Below, in pieces: positions 1 through 13,595 of a DNA stretch of 64,000 bases; position 1 is the first letter of the stretch; the number at the start of each line of letters is the position of its first letter. This DNA comes from the human T2T-CHM13v2.0 reference genome, Homo sapiens. The notes under the pieces are model-generated. The model saw nothing but the letters and a program-made list of their open reading frames with translations. It did no database searches and was not told the origin of the DNA. Location: the NCBI RefSeq assembly GCF_009914755.1, contig NC_060931.1; one strand, 5' to 3'. A program made the translations under genes and the position numbers.

Positions 1-64
1 AGGAACACTCTCATTCCTGTTTTCTTTCCTTTGGTCCTTCTCTTTCATCATAATGATTGTCATC

Positions 65-65
<1 letters not shown>

Positions 66-96
<31 letters not shown>

Positions 97-110
97 GTCA
101 TCATCATCAT
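66..110. repeat. (CAT)n microsatellite
   Basis: About 15 CAT units with one CGT interruption. Confidence 0.95.
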
Positions 111-802
111 TCCATCTTAATAATAATGGTAATAATAGCCAGCATTTATGACCACTTCCATAGGACAGATATTAGGTCAAGGACTTTCAACAGATTATCT
201 CATTTAATCTTCACAACTATTTAAAAAGCTACCTATTAGAAAGTGGCAAGCCTAGATTCACACCCTGTCTGTTTGGGACCAGGGCATACAGTTATATCCA
301 TGATATTTTCTATCATCTTACAGTTTTGTTTACAACTGGGCCTCCATCTCTGGGACAAAGCTTAGCTAAGTTTCATAGCCAAGGCAGAAAATAGAGCAAA
401 ACCTCAGGGCCACCATCTAGTCAGGCTTGGCATTGGTCTTGCTACCTGTAAAGCCAGTATCTAGTATGTCAGGAATGACACTTGGGAGCCTGTGTCCCTT
501 CCAGGTGGCAGTCTTCCATGTGTAATAACCCTTAGCCACGGCTCCTCCTCTGGATGGGCGATCTGGCCTCCTTTCCCTGCCCTACCTGCCAGGTCCCCCC
601 TAGGTTTGGAGCTTTTCCCTGAACACCAGCCCACAATCCAGGGTCAGAGAGACCCCTCCCTACTCCTATCCGTCCCCTTCTCCCAGTGCTTGGATTCCCA
701 CTCCTTGTACCTAAGAGTGCATAGTGAAGGTAAGCTGCATATAGAGATGTTTTAGTAACTTCCTTTGAAATGAAAATCACAATGATGGTGATGATTATGG
801 TG

Positions 803-995
803 ATTTATTGAGTGCTGTTTGCCAGCACTATTCCAAGTGCTTTTGCATGTACTAGCTGCCCTCCCAATAACCCTGGGAGGTAGATCTATTGCTTTCACCA
901 GTTTCCAGATGAGGAAATGAGGAGCACAAAGGTTAAGAGACTTACCAAAGGTCACATAACTAGAAAGTGTCAAAGCCAGATGTGCACCCAAAACT
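803..995 (-). mobile_element. MIR SINE
   Basis: Reverse-complement MIR core: cagatgaggaaatgagg...ggttaagagacttacc...ggtcacataactag. Confidence 0.8.
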
Positions 996-3111
996 GGTAA
1001 GCTTAATCATAATGCTATGTTGTGATGTCAAAATAGTGTTACCAATGGTTTGAGGAACCAAACATTCAAAATGCTTCAGACGAACACAACAACTTTTTCA
1101 GGTAAGTTGATTTGTGAAAATCAACTTTGCTTTCAAACTTAGCATGTCACTTGGAAATGGCTGTAATTAATGTCAAATTTAGTTCCAGTCTCCTGGAACC
1201 TAAATACCATTGAGACTAACAATATTTTCTACATTCTAATTACATTTTAGAATATACTTACATCACTTGATGTTCCAAAGCTTTCTAATGATTGAATTGC
1301 AATTAAGAGCCTATGCCATATTCTTACACATACTGTTTTCCTATCAAAGTATAAATGATCACAATACTACCCATATTTGTATGTGACTCATTAACATTCC
1401 ACCATATTACTGATATTTATACATGCTATTGACATTGATGGTTCCAATACCAGCCAGTTAACAAGGAATGACAGGCTTATTACGTGTTCAGCACTTGACG
1501 TATTTAAAATACATAGGTGAGTAAGAAAACTGCTGTGATAAGAAACATACATTTATGACTGTGTATACATAGTCTTTTTCCCTTGTAAAATGGTGGTTAG
1601 CAAATTTTAAAAAATTATTTCCTAGAGGTTAGCTGTGGGAGGTCATTGAAGGAAACCTGAGTTGGAAGAGGAAGGAACTAAAGTCAGAACAAGGGCTGAG
1701 TCTGTTTGCAAATGAACCGTGAATAAGAAGTAGCATCAAATAAGACAAGGAAATGCAGCAGGTGGCTCAGCTGAAGAAAAGAGAAGTCTGCTCACATAAG
1801 GGTCTGGACTGAGGCTGGAGGGTCAGGGACTCAATCATAAAACTACCCTGTATGGACATGCTTTAGAAAAGATAAGTAGGAAAGTATAAATAGAGAAAAA
1901 AAAGGTGGCAAATGCTCCAGGGCGCAGAAGCTCCAGAAACCTCCACTTCACTGAGGAACTGCATCAATCTCTGGGGACAACATCAGGGGCTTCTTTTCCC
2001 TGATTCTTTTCCTCTGTCCCTGACTGAGACAGAGGGAAGAACTGAGTGACAGGGGGCTGTGGCCAGAGAAGCTTAGTGCCTTCCATCCAGGCTTCCACTA
2101 GAAGAGACCTTCTTGAGCTTGTTACCAAACTCTGTGGGCCAGTCCAAAGCTTCCTTCAATTAAGATGCCAAAGTGCCTTTAGCTTCCGGGTGAGAAAAGA
2201 TTAAGGTGAGAAGGATGGCTAGAGGATGAGGGCCCCCAAAATGGACCTTGAAACCTAGATATTGCTGGGTGAAACCAAATCTGTGGTCTGCTATCAGATT
2301 CTATGCTTCCGTGTATTCTTATCTACTAAAAAAAGCTTTCTCCATATAGAATGGCAGCTTTCAAAATTGTTAGGCTAATGTATATTCTTCTAGTTTGGGA
2401 GAATATTGAGATTTCTCATTTAACAAACTATAACCATCTGGGATTTTTCCTGGAGGAGATGTCACCTCTTGTGGGACAGAAAATGGAAGCAAGACTTGAG
2501 ATAGCGCCTAGGACACTGGGGAGCAGAGGCTTCCATCGTGCTTGAGGTACAGTGTTTCTGGTTATGCAGGGAGGGATGGGATGCAGAAAGGTCAGAAAGA
2601 TGGACACATACTAAGATAATGGACAGACAGACAGACTAGCATGCCCCACCCTCGCCCCAGAACATACCTTGGGAATATGTGGACCTGAGCTGGGGAGAGG
2701 AGCTGTATGTGTGTGAGTAGATGGCCCGAGCTGTGCCTGGCAGCCAGGAACTTGGGTTGGAGACCTGGCACCTGTTCGTCCTCTGCATCACCCTCTGCAT
2801 GCAGATTGTGAGTGACAGGACGGTGGCAGTGGCTGTGGCCTAGCTGTGGACTCCTGGGGTAAAGCAGAGCTTGAGTTTCAGGCTCTGTTGCATGACTCTA
2901 AAGTGGACTACACCAAATTGGCCCAATAGACTGTCAGGGACAACACGTGGCTGCAACCATGACAACTGTCACATGGAGTTCCCCAGAGAAAGAAGCATGC
3001 TCGCTGCTTCCTGTCTTTGCAGGGATTTAATCAGACCTCCTGGAAAGAGTAAGACCCCAAAGCTTGTGGACTTGTCACAGGAATATGAGATCTATAGAGG
3101 AGAACATTTTT

Positions 3112-3766
3112 TTTGTTGTTGTTGTTCCCATGGCTGTTGTTTTTGTTTTGCTTTTTAATTTTTTATTTCCATAGGTTATTGGCGAACAGGTGGTGTTTGG
3201 TTACATGAGTAAGATCTTTAGTGGTGATTTGTGAGACTTTGGTGCACCTATCACCTGAACAGTATACACTGCACCCTATTTGTAGTCCTTTATCTCTCAC
3301 CCCCTTCCCACTATTTCCCCCTGAGTCTCCAAAGTCCATTGTGTCATTCTTATGCCTTTGCATCTTCATAGCTTAGCTCCCACTTATGAGAGAACATACA
3401 ATGTTTGGTTTTCAGTTCTTGAGTTACTTCACTTAGAATAATAGTCTCCAATCTCATCCAGGTCGCTGCAAATGCCATTAATTCATTCCTTTTTATGGCT
3501 GAGTAGAATACCACAGTTTCTTTATCCACTCATTGACTGATGGACATTTGGGTTGGTTCCCCGTTTTTGCAATTGCAAATTTTGCTGCTATAAACATGCA
3601 TGTTCAAGTATATTTTTCGTATAATGACTTTGTTTCCTCTGGGTAGATGCCCAGTAATGGGATTGCTGGATCAAATGGTAGTTCTACTTTAAGTTCTTTA
3701 ATGAATCTCCACACTGTTTTCCATAGTGGCTGTACTAGTTTACATTCCCACCAGCAGTGTAGAAGT
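3112..3766 (-). mobile_element. 5'-truncated L1 3' end (L1PB-like)
   Basis: Degenerate T-rich tail then L1PB-type 3'UTR (ggtgtttggttacatgagtaag...); 13-bp TSD GGAGAACATTTTT at 3099-3111 and 3767-3779. Confidence 0.9.
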
Positions 3767-3779
3767 GGAGAACATTTTT

Positions 3780-3989
3780 ATCTATTAAAGAACCATTTCA
3801 AATATACAAAAGATAATAAAATAATCAGTAGTTTATATATGCAGAAATAATATATAAATATTATATAATATAAACTATATAAATAATATATGTAAATAAT
3901 AAATGATTACCTAGAATTATATTATTTATAATATAAGTAGTAAATAATATATAAATATTATATAATTATATGATAAATTATTACATATA
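3780..3989. repeat. AT-rich low-complexity tract
   Basis: Nearly pure A/T with TATA/TAA runs. Confidence 0.8.
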
Positions 3990-5055
3990 TGTAGGAAAAA
4001 CACACTGTTTTTCTTCTGCCCCCACACCACAAAGTAAAAGTTTCCCCCACACACCAAGCAAGCAATCATTTCTGCAGCAGACACCAGCTCCTGTGCTCCA
4101 ATTAGGTTCCTTTCTGACATGACCTACCTGGAGACAATGTCAGGTCCCCTAAATTGAGGCTCAGTCCCACAAGACTGCACCCCACTTCCAATGCCAATCT
4201 CAAACCCCAAGTTGTTTTATCTGTGCTTCTAATTGAGTGCCTATAAACTGGGGGATCCCATAACCCCCTGTTTGGGTTTGACTGATTTGCTAGAGTGGTT
4301 CACAGAACTTCAAAATAACACATTCATCCATTTATCAAAAAAGATATTACAAAGGGGATAGATGAAGAGATGATGCATACGAGAAAGCACATGGAGGGGC
4401 GTGGAGCTCCTAGCTCTCCCTGGTGTGCCACCTTCCACATCTCCATGTGCTAAGCCATCTGGAAGCTCATCCTATCCCGTCCTCTTGGGCCTTTTACAGA
4501 GACTTCATTGGACAGGCATGATGGAGGCATGGACAACCATGTGGAGATGTGACTGGACACAAAGGGTACCATCCAACACTAACACAGTGGGGAGCCCAGC
4601 AGGGCCTCTCTGTCCAGATTCTTCTTGACCTCTCTGTGTGGCATTTCTTCCTCCTGGATATGGGGCAGGACCTCTTCTGAAATAGGGTCTTATGACCTAC
4701 AGTCAGGGAAGGTAGGTAAGAGATTTTCTTTATGGTCTAAGAAAGAAGAGTGAGGGAAGATTCCTGCCTCAGGAAGAAAAAGAAAAAGAAGTAGGTAAAA
4801 GAAGGGCAGGAAAAGTTCAGAGAGAGAGACTGTTTTCTGAGGCCTGCTCCTATGGAGTAAAGCACCCAACGTTTTAACAAAAGACTCTTTCACCTTTATG
4901 GCTCTGAAGCTGCTCCAGGAACCAAAGCCAAAAAGCCAAATACCTTAACGAAAGATATGCTTATTGCTGTAGTCACTTAAAAAATAACCAGGGCTGTGGG
5001 AGTTATAAGCCAGGTGCCGTGGATGAAAACCAATAATATATATCATAATATCACA
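3990..5055 (-). mobile_element. MER21-family solo LTR
   Basis: Minus strand starts TGTGATATTATGAT...TGGTTTTCATCC; plus strand has ctcagtcccacaagactgc and acctggaga motifs; TG...CA termini. Confidence 0.75.
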
Positions 5056-5059
5056 GTAT

Positions 5060-5800
5060 CGGATGCCCAGATTCAATAAACGCTAAAGTTTTGTCATATT
5101 TCCTCAGATGAAAAACAATACAATTGCTCATAGAGCTAAAGTATTTGTAATCCATTTTCACTGCCTTCTCTTCTTCCCTTCTTCCTCTTTCTACTCTTCT
5201 ATAGGTGGTGTGAACCTTCTTATCTGTGCTTTTATACACTTACTGCCCGTGTGTGTTCATAAATGGTATATTGATGTGTTTGAAATATATATCAATATTA
5301 TATTTTATGTGTCCTTCTTCAATTTCACTCAACATTAACTTTTGAAGTTTATTCATTTGATACAATAGAATTAGATCTAGTTCATTTGTTTTAATCTCTC
5401 TCTCTCCCTCTCTCTATATACTATATATGTGTCTATACATATAACACTTTGTATACTATTTACATATTTTACTTCATCCATTTTTCTATTAAAGGATGAT
5501 TGGTTTGTTTCCAGTTTTCACATTTTTTAATTTAATTTTTAAATTAAATTAGAGTTTATTTTTGTATAATGTGTGCTGTGGTATTTCTGCATGTCACAGT
5601 ATCATTCTGGGATAAAATATCTTTTTCTTTACTGTTTTGTAAGGCCTCCTGTTTTCTATTTCAGGTATTGATGTGCTTTATGACTAATATTTCATTAATC
5701 TATGTGTTTATTGCTGAACCAATATAGTATTGTTTTAATTATCATAGGTTTATGGCAAGATTTGATATTTGATAGGGCAAGACCCACACCTTTATTCTTG
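5060..5800 (-). mobile_element. Old L1 (L1M-type) fragments
   Basis: T-rich degenerate antisense L1 3' sequence (ttgtttccagtttt, ttcatccatttt). Confidence 0.45.
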
Positions 5801-5830
5801 AAAATTAGAAAGCTGTGATTTATATGTTGA

Positions 5831-6147
<317 letters not shown>

Positions 6148-6729
6148 TAAGATACTTCATTTAAATAAAAACCAGGTGTGAACTTACTCTGACCACAAGC
6201 TGAGGAATTGGGATATAGCATCTACAGTCTGTATTTGGTCCTTAAAACAACCTTGTCGGATTGAAAGTGTTATTCCTATCTTAGACATCATGAAACTAAG
6301 AATTGGTGGTGTTAGGTAACATGTCTGTGTGAAGACACTCAGGAAATGGCATGTGCAGAATCTCTTTGACTTGCATGTGTATTAAAGATATTTTCTACTA
6401 GATCATGTAGTACCCTTCAAGAAGCCCCGTGATAAATGATTGCCTCTCTCCTTGAGCAAAATGAACTATCTCTGTTTTCCTCTTTGGAGTGTAGGAAACT
6501 TGGTTTCAAATTTGTGCTTAATAATTTATCTCAGAAGTTTCTTATGATTCAATTATCTATGTACTACTTTTTATCTCTTTTCTTAATACCCCATTCTAAT
6601 TTGCGTTTTTCTTGTCTTGATTTTTACGTATTTATTCCTAATGCGTTGTGTTAATGCATGCAGATTTTATTGCCAACCTTAAATAATTTACAAATAAAAA
6701 AAGAAAGAATACATGTTCTGTTACAACAA

Positions 6730-6890
6730 GGCTTTGCAAGTTTTAATGTGCATTGGAATCATGTGGGATCTTCTTGAAATGCAGGTTCTCAATCAATAAG
6801 TCTGGGGTGGAACCTGAGACTGTGTCTCTAACCTGCTCCCAGATGGTGCCTATGTTGCTGACCTAGGGTCACAGTTTGAGACGCAAGGCT
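6730..6890. mobile_element. MER5-type hAT-Charlie MITE
   Basis: gaatca...aaatgcaggttc...gtctggggtggaacctgaga...tttgag. Confidence 0.65.
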
Positions 6891-7134
6891 CTGCACCCAG
6901 GATGAGAAGGTATTGAGTAATGAGATCACTGGGATTCCCCAGAGGAGAGATAGATGCCCATAGCAGGCTGAGAATCATTATTAACAGCTCTCAGGTTTTC
7001 TGAATTTTGACGTGAAGCTGGGAAACAAAGTTCTTCAGTGTGGTCTACTTTCAGCTGCCTTTCCCAGCCAGGACAAAGGCTTTTCCAGCTAAGAAGGATC
7101 ATATAGGTAGAGGGGGTGTTCTTCCTTCCTAATA

Positions 7135-7295
7135 GCAGGTCTCAATTCTGGCTGCACATTAGAATCAACAAGGGAGCTTTTAAAACTTGTTTTACCCAAA
7201 CCACGCTTCAGCCCAATTAATCAGAATTTCTTGGAGCAGGGCCTCAATATTTTTTTAAAGTTTCTCAGGTGATTTCAAAGTGCAGGGAAGGTAGA
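7135..7295. mobile_element. MER5-type hAT-Charlie MITE fragment
   Basis: ggctgcacattagaatca...gggagcttttaaaa...ccaattaatcagaat. Confidence 0.6.
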
Positions 7296-7869
7296 GAATT
7301 CTGCTTCACAAAGATAAAGAGAGATGATCCCTGTGACCCGTTTTTCAAGAGAATCCTGCCCTCCTAGCTGACTCTCCTTTTGAGGAGGGGGAGGTCCCTC
7401 GTCAGTACCTTGCGGCCTCCTTCCAGGGCCATGCCAGCATCTGGTTATTGTTTTCAAACTATTTCTACTATCAGGTTCCTGAAATTCCCCCTGTTGGGAT
7501 CCCATATCAGGCTGGGTTCCTTGAGAAACTTCCCATTTTAAGATCCAAGTACAAATTAAAGAGTAAACATTTTAAATAACAGATTTATTGGTACTTAAAT
7601 AATTATGGACCAAATCTTTTGCTTCTTCATCAATATATGCTTCAATCTGCATCTCCATTTCTTTGTCATTATTTTTCATGTCCAAATTAATTGTATTGGA
7701 AGGCAAGATTCACATTTTCTCTTTAAACATCTTATTTTAATGGTGTGGAAATTAGATAGTTTGAAATCTACATGACCCTGGAATTGAATCTCAGCTCCTC
7801 TAAATGTTAATGGTGTTAAAGGGCAAAGTTTGTCATAGAAAAAAGCCTGAATAATATGTATTTCACCTG

Positions 7870-8369
7870 TGTCGTGTCAAACCCTGATTGGCTGCACTCA
7901 GAATGTCACCAGGTTTAAGAGGCTGAAGAAGAGATCCAGAGCCAGCAAATGAGACCTGGGGTTTTATTGGGGGCTTACATACAGGGGAGAAAGTCCAGTG
8001 GCAGGGGCTGGGCGGGATAACAATACTGCCCAGCAGCGGTGGGCTAGGCAGGAGAACTGCAGTGGCTTGCAACAGGCATGCAGTTTATACAGCATGTTTT
8101 CACTCAGTACCCTCCCCATAACGACCTCCACCTGGCATCCTTCATTCAAGTCAAACTCGGGGCCTCGAGCCCCTGTATGGCCTGTGTTCCTTGGGATGGG
8201 ATGGGACAGATGTTGGGGGGCTCAGACGTTCCTCATAGGCGAGGAACAGATCTCCAGGTTGGCCACTCCTGGATTCCGTAGCTGAGAACACGCATTCAGG
8301 TGTGTCTGCCACACAGGGTCATTCTCAGGGTATGCTTAAGGTATTGCTAGGAGGTGCGTTTACCCTACA
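7870..8369 (-). mobile_element. ERV solo LTR (ERVL-like; subfamily uncertain)
   Basis: 500 bp with TG...CA ends; minus-strand AATAAA near 7963; 5-bp TSD ACCTG (7865-7869) / ACATG (8370-8374). Confidence 0.75.
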
Positions 8370-8778
8370 ACATGGTTGATAAATGAGTGTAAAAAGTTAA
8401 ATTATCTAAATGAGAATATGTGACAGAATTTCCTTCGTTTCATGGAAACTCAAATCTTAGCTTCCTTCCTTCCGCATTTAGAAAGAAGATGCAATATATA
8501 CTTTCATATAATCAATACCCTTCCTTCTCCTAAAAAAGATTTAAGGAGACTGAAAGGAACAATATAAAGCCAATGTACAAACAAATATTTAATGGAAAGC
8601 ATGCGCCTGAATGAGATCATTCTTTTAGAGAAATAACTGTCACATTCCACCATTAAGAAGTGATGTGTTCTCCATAATCTTAATCCAAATGCATAAGTTT
8701 TGAATGGAAGAATTGCTGCTAAAATTCCTAATGAAACATAACAATTACTTTTTCTCTTTTAAACTGAAGTCTGTACAT

Positions 8779-8842
8779 TGCAAAAAATTAAAGACAAATA
8801 TGTTTATCTTTTTGTGCAAAAAATTAAAGACAAATATGTTTA
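8779..8842. repeat. Perfect 28-bp direct repeat, 36-bp period
   Basis: TGCAAAAAATTAAAGACAAATATGTTTA at 8779-8806 and 8815-8842. Confidence 0.95.
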
Positions 8843-9290
8843 CCATTTTTTTGTTAAATTTCAGGGCTATTTTGAAATTTGGTATTACTTTAAATATAGG
8901 CAAAGAATTAGATTTATTGTTTTAGAAAGAAATCCATTCCCATTCAATTAGATTATTTTTTAGTGTTAGATTTTTTTCTCCATAAGAGCAAGTAGATTTA
9001 CATATTTTTATTCTCAGAATTCTAATTACCAGTATATTTGGATATGCAGTTGTGAAATGAGAACATATTACGTGTTCTCAGAAAGAAAGCCTTGGTTCTG
9101 AGCTACAGGAGGGATAATCTTGAATATGACTGTTTATTTCCCCACTCCATAACCTTGTTTCTACCCCTTCTTTGTAAACAGGTTGAACACCATATTTAAT
9201 TTTGAAGCTAATAAAATGTTTTATTTTGTGGGATTTTATAGCTCCTTTTGTAATATGGAGATATAGGGGTGAAAGTCAGTGCCTCATATA

Positions 9291-9780
9291 TAAGGATTGC
9301 AAATTCAAATAGGAACTGTGGTAACTTAAAAAAAATAAGTAAAGTGGCACTGCATTTCCTTTAGAGCACACAGGAATAATTTTCACTCTCACAAAGAAGC
9401 CCAAGCTCATTATTCTTTAAACATGTGGTGTATTGCTTATCATTTTTCCCTGGGTACAGAGAAATATTTATCTACAAAAAGAAAAGAAACAGTACAAACG
9501 TGATGCTAAGTGGCATATGCTATGTTAACTTTAGGTCATGGAGACTGTAGGGAATGGTGAGGACTGTGGCAAACAACGAAACATGTCCAATGGTGGGCAT
9601 GTGTGAATGAAGCCCAGTGTCAGCAGGCCTTTTGAGTTTCCAAGAGAAAGAAGCAGTCCAGATTTTTACATTGAAATGTTGTAATTTTAAAATTATATCC
9701 ATTAAAAAACAATTTATGGGACAAATAAAACACGACTGCCAACGAAATTCAGCTAGAAGACCACAAGTGTGCAACTACTG
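9291..9780 (-). mobile_element. MER45-type hAT-Tip100 element
   Basis: Degenerate TIRs ggattgcaaa / tgcaactactg; internal ccaagagaaagaagcagtccagattttta. Confidence 0.6.
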
Positions 9781-9899
9781 CTTGGAGAAAAAAATAATGC
9801 AAGAGGTCCACATGGGAGCAATTCTAGTGAGGTATTTGATGTGCAGATTAGATCCTTCCTAGAATAAATTGCTGCACTTTCAAGGGAAATAGGAGATGC

Positions 9900-9959
9900 T
9901 GTGTGTGTGTGCATGTGTATGTGTGTGTGTGCGTGCGTGTGTGCGTGCGTGTGTACACA
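9900..9959. repeat. (TG)n/(TGCG)n microsatellite
   Basis: About 60 bp of alternating purine-pyrimidine sequence. Confidence 0.92.
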
Positions 9960-11584
9960 GTGGGCTTGTCAGAAAATCCATTTGGTTGAATGGGACACTA
10001 TACGAAGTATATAACACTTTTGCAATGGAATGTTGAGGGTTCATGGTGTGTATCTGGAGCAAGTAGGGATTCTAGAAAGGAACTATTCTCTATTCTATAT
10101 TCTAGAAAGGAGCTAATCTCCACCATCCAGTGTGGTGGAGGGTGCCACCGTTTAGTCACTCAGGACTTAGTGGGGCTCCCAGAGAAAATGCCAGGGCGTA
10201 AGGGGGATGCTATTCCAGATAAAGGGCAATAATAAGCATAGGGGAAGCAGCCTCCTGTCAAGAGTAAACTAAACTACGTTTGTGGAGGTGGTTTTGTAAT
10301 ATGGACAAATGTTATATAGGACATTTCTGCTCAGAATGGGCCAGATCAATGTCTCTCAAGGCCTTGCCTTGTGCTTGTCTCTAGCATCGCAGATTGTTGC
10401 TCCTACCCTCCCTGTCCACCATCCTCCCTGCTTTCATATTCTTCTTATTCTCCTGGAGAAGTGGAGAGAAGTTTTCAGGCTCACCACGGCTCCACTGTTC
10501 AGGGTCCTGGCCCACAAGCTCATGTGGGTCAATCACTTTTTTATACTTGTAGACTGAAAAGCAGCAGCTGTCCTGCACAATATTTAGTGAATTCTGAATG
10601 TGTACTACAGGCATTTTTTTTTAAAGCAGGGACTTTCCCCATGTGAGAGAAAGAAAGAGAAATTTGTATTCACACTGCTTCGTGGAATTCTAAAATGTGT
10701 TTTGGGGGGATACAATTCAAACACTAAAATAATCCATTTCATGCATATTAATTGATTTTTACATGAAAACAATTCCCATTTGCATGAGAGCTTTGGCAAG
10801 TTTAGAGTCTGGGGAAGATGTTATAAGCAGTAGTGGAGAAAAATAAAACTAAACATTGCACTATGTTGGCAAGAGCTTAGGAAGACAAACTCAGGCTTAT
10901 ATTCGTTTTTCCTGCTGTCAGTGGCAGAAGTCCGATGGTTCTCTTGCCCATTGTAGGCCACTCTTTCCCTTTTATTCTCTATCCACAGTCTCAAGTTTGT
11001 GGTTTGAGTCTGAGCCTCTTCTATTCTCTAATGATCATCTCTCCTTAGGTGAGTGCCTATCCTATGGAAATAAAAGATATGTTGCTGTCTCTCAAACCCA
11101 TTTTCATCTAATTGACACTCTATTCTGATGCCCCACTCACACACAAACTTCACCTCCAAATGATTTAAACAAAAGGACATTTATTGACACACGTATCACA
11201 GGCAAACACAAGTAGGTGAGCTCCAGGGCTGGCTTAATCCAGCGACTATGGCTCCGATTGGCAGTGCTTCTCTTGTCTCTCCCCTTCCCACGCCATGTGC
11301 CAGTTTTGTCCGCTAGCTGTTAGTGACAGGGCTTCTGCAGTTTGAGACCTTAGATCCTCACTCCTCGATGTCCACAGAAAAGAAGAAGGATAAATCCTGG
11401 ACCCACTCTCAGGAGACAGAGGAAGTATCTTTCCCCAAAATTCCCAGCAAAGCGCTCTGTGAGATTTGCTGTTCTAAACTGGGACATGCCTGTTCCTAAA
11501 CCTGTTCTTCCAGGACAATTTCCACGCAGAGATTGTTTTTGCCTTCTCATCCCTAAATCACTCATGTGGTTAACATGCGAGAGA

Positions 11585-11742
11585 ATGCACGCCTGTGACA
11601 CAGCCTCAGGAGGTCCTGATGACTTGTGCCCAAAGTGGTAGGGACACAGCTTTGTTTTATATATTTTAGGGAGACATGAGACATCAATCAATACATGTAA
11701 TATGTATATTGGTTCCATCCAGAAAGGTGTGACAACTCGAGA
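11585..11742 (-). mobile_element. MER4A-like LTR fragment
   Basis: cctgtgacacagcctcaggaggtcctgatgac...tttagggagacatgagacatcaatcaa. Confidence 0.75.
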
Positions 11743-11989
11743 TGACCTTGGAGAGGTTAGCCAATAGTTTTCATCTCTATCTGATTTGTACTCCTTTTTT
11801 AATATTAAATTTTTATATTGTTCTCTTTATTATTAAGTAAAATCCATAAAGAATTAAACTTAACTAAATGTTTAACCTCACAAAATTGATATAATATCCA
11901 AATTATAATATAAAAGAAATGAAAGGAGTTCATGATAAAATAATATATATTTCAATCTGCAAATGGTGGGGCATGATCACACTAGAACC

Positions 11990-12155
11990 TCATTACTCAA
12001 ACTGTGGTTCAGGGATCAGCATCAACACCTGCTGGAAACATGTTAGGAAAGCAGAACCTCAGGCCTCAGCCTGGACTTACTCAATGAGAATCTGTGTTGT
12101 AACAACATTCCCAAGAGACTCAGAGTGCACATTAAAGCTTGGGATATGCAGTGCT
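11990..12155. mobile_element. MER5A
   Basis: tactcaaactgtggtt...cagcatcaacacctgctggaaacatgttaggaaagcagaa. Confidence 0.7.
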
Positions 12156-12892
12156 GGAAGACATAATGTAGTCAGATGTTTCTCACTACTTGTAGAATCA
12201 TGGTGAATATGACAGCTGCAAATGTGACTATACAGATGTGTTGTGTTGTCAACTCAAACATCCACTGGTGATATGATTTTTGGAAATGATGAATAACTCT
12301 TGAGCTGAGAACAAAACAAAGTACAAGGTACCTCCATTTGCATAATGTTTGCATTACCAGAAATATAACGTATAATAAATGATGCAAAATATGCTTTGTG
12401 TTTACATGTCAAATGGAGTTAGGTCTTTAGACTTGTATAATTATAAATAGGGTTTATGTTGATTCAGGTTTTTTTTTTTAATACCAGGTAGAATATTTGA
12501 AAGTAGTGCACATTATAGGACAATTCTTCAGGCTTTCTTGTATTTTCTGTGAAAATCTCAAGTACCCATCTTGCCTAGGACAAACTTTAATTTGGGGTAG
12601 AGAATTCAGCTTTTCTAAACTGGCAAAGCTCAGTTTTTGTTCAGGTCAGGTTCTAAAAGGGCCTGCTGGAAGTTTCCAAGGATTTCCTGCAGAGGACATG
12701 CCCAGACTATGAATCACGTGGGGCATCCATTCACAAGAATAAGGGAGTAGATTGTATTCAGATGTTGTCTCTTACAGTCAGCTATGTCACTCGTTAAGAC
12801 GAATGTGTGCAGATGTGTCTGCTCTATTGGTAATTACCCTGAGTATGGGGACCTCGTTGTTTTTGTGCACTGATATGTTCCCATTCCCTAGC

Positions 12893-13085
12893 CTAATAGT
12901 TTTCCACTTTAGCAGCAATCAGAATCACCTGGAAGTCTTGTTAAACCACAGATGGTTGGGCCTCATCCCCAGGGTCTCGGATTCAATAGGCCCAGTGTGG
13001 CCTGAGAATTTGTATTTCTATTAAGCTCCCGGCTGATGCTTCTTAAATTATCCAAGGTCCAAGGGTTACACTTTGAGAATCAGTG
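12893..13085. mobile_element. MER5A
   Basis: atcagaatcacctggaag...ttgttaaaccacaga...cactttgagaatca. Confidence 0.75.
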
Positions 13086-13595
13086 GCTCAATAAACATTT
13101 ATGAATGAATGGATTGTAGCCAATCAACTGGTCAGTCAATAAATACTTATGGAGTGGGTACTAGTGCCAGGCTCAGGAAATAAATCAGACACCATCCCAG
13201 GCCCTCAGGAAGAAACTTCAAGTGGCTGAGAATAAATAAGTGCTGTATGTCTGAGTGTCCTAGCAGAAAACAGTCAGCATACTAAAAGTGGGTAATCAAA
13301 GAAAGATTAATGAGGGGAGACTATTTGCAGTGGGGTGGACAGAGTTCATGGAACCACAGGGATGGTAATGCATGCAGGGACTAGATAGAGCAAGAAGGTT
13401 TTGTCACTCCCAGGCCAGAAGGGGCAGAAAAATTGAGAGCTGTGGCCCTGGGAGAGGGGGTCCCCGACAGGAGCTGGGGCCCTAGGTAGAGGATCCCAGA
13501 AGCTATTACACTGCAGTCCTTCAGGGATAGAGTGGTAGAAGATAAATCTTCTCAGTCCTTACTTGCCATGCCCTACAATCTCCGTGACTTTCATG

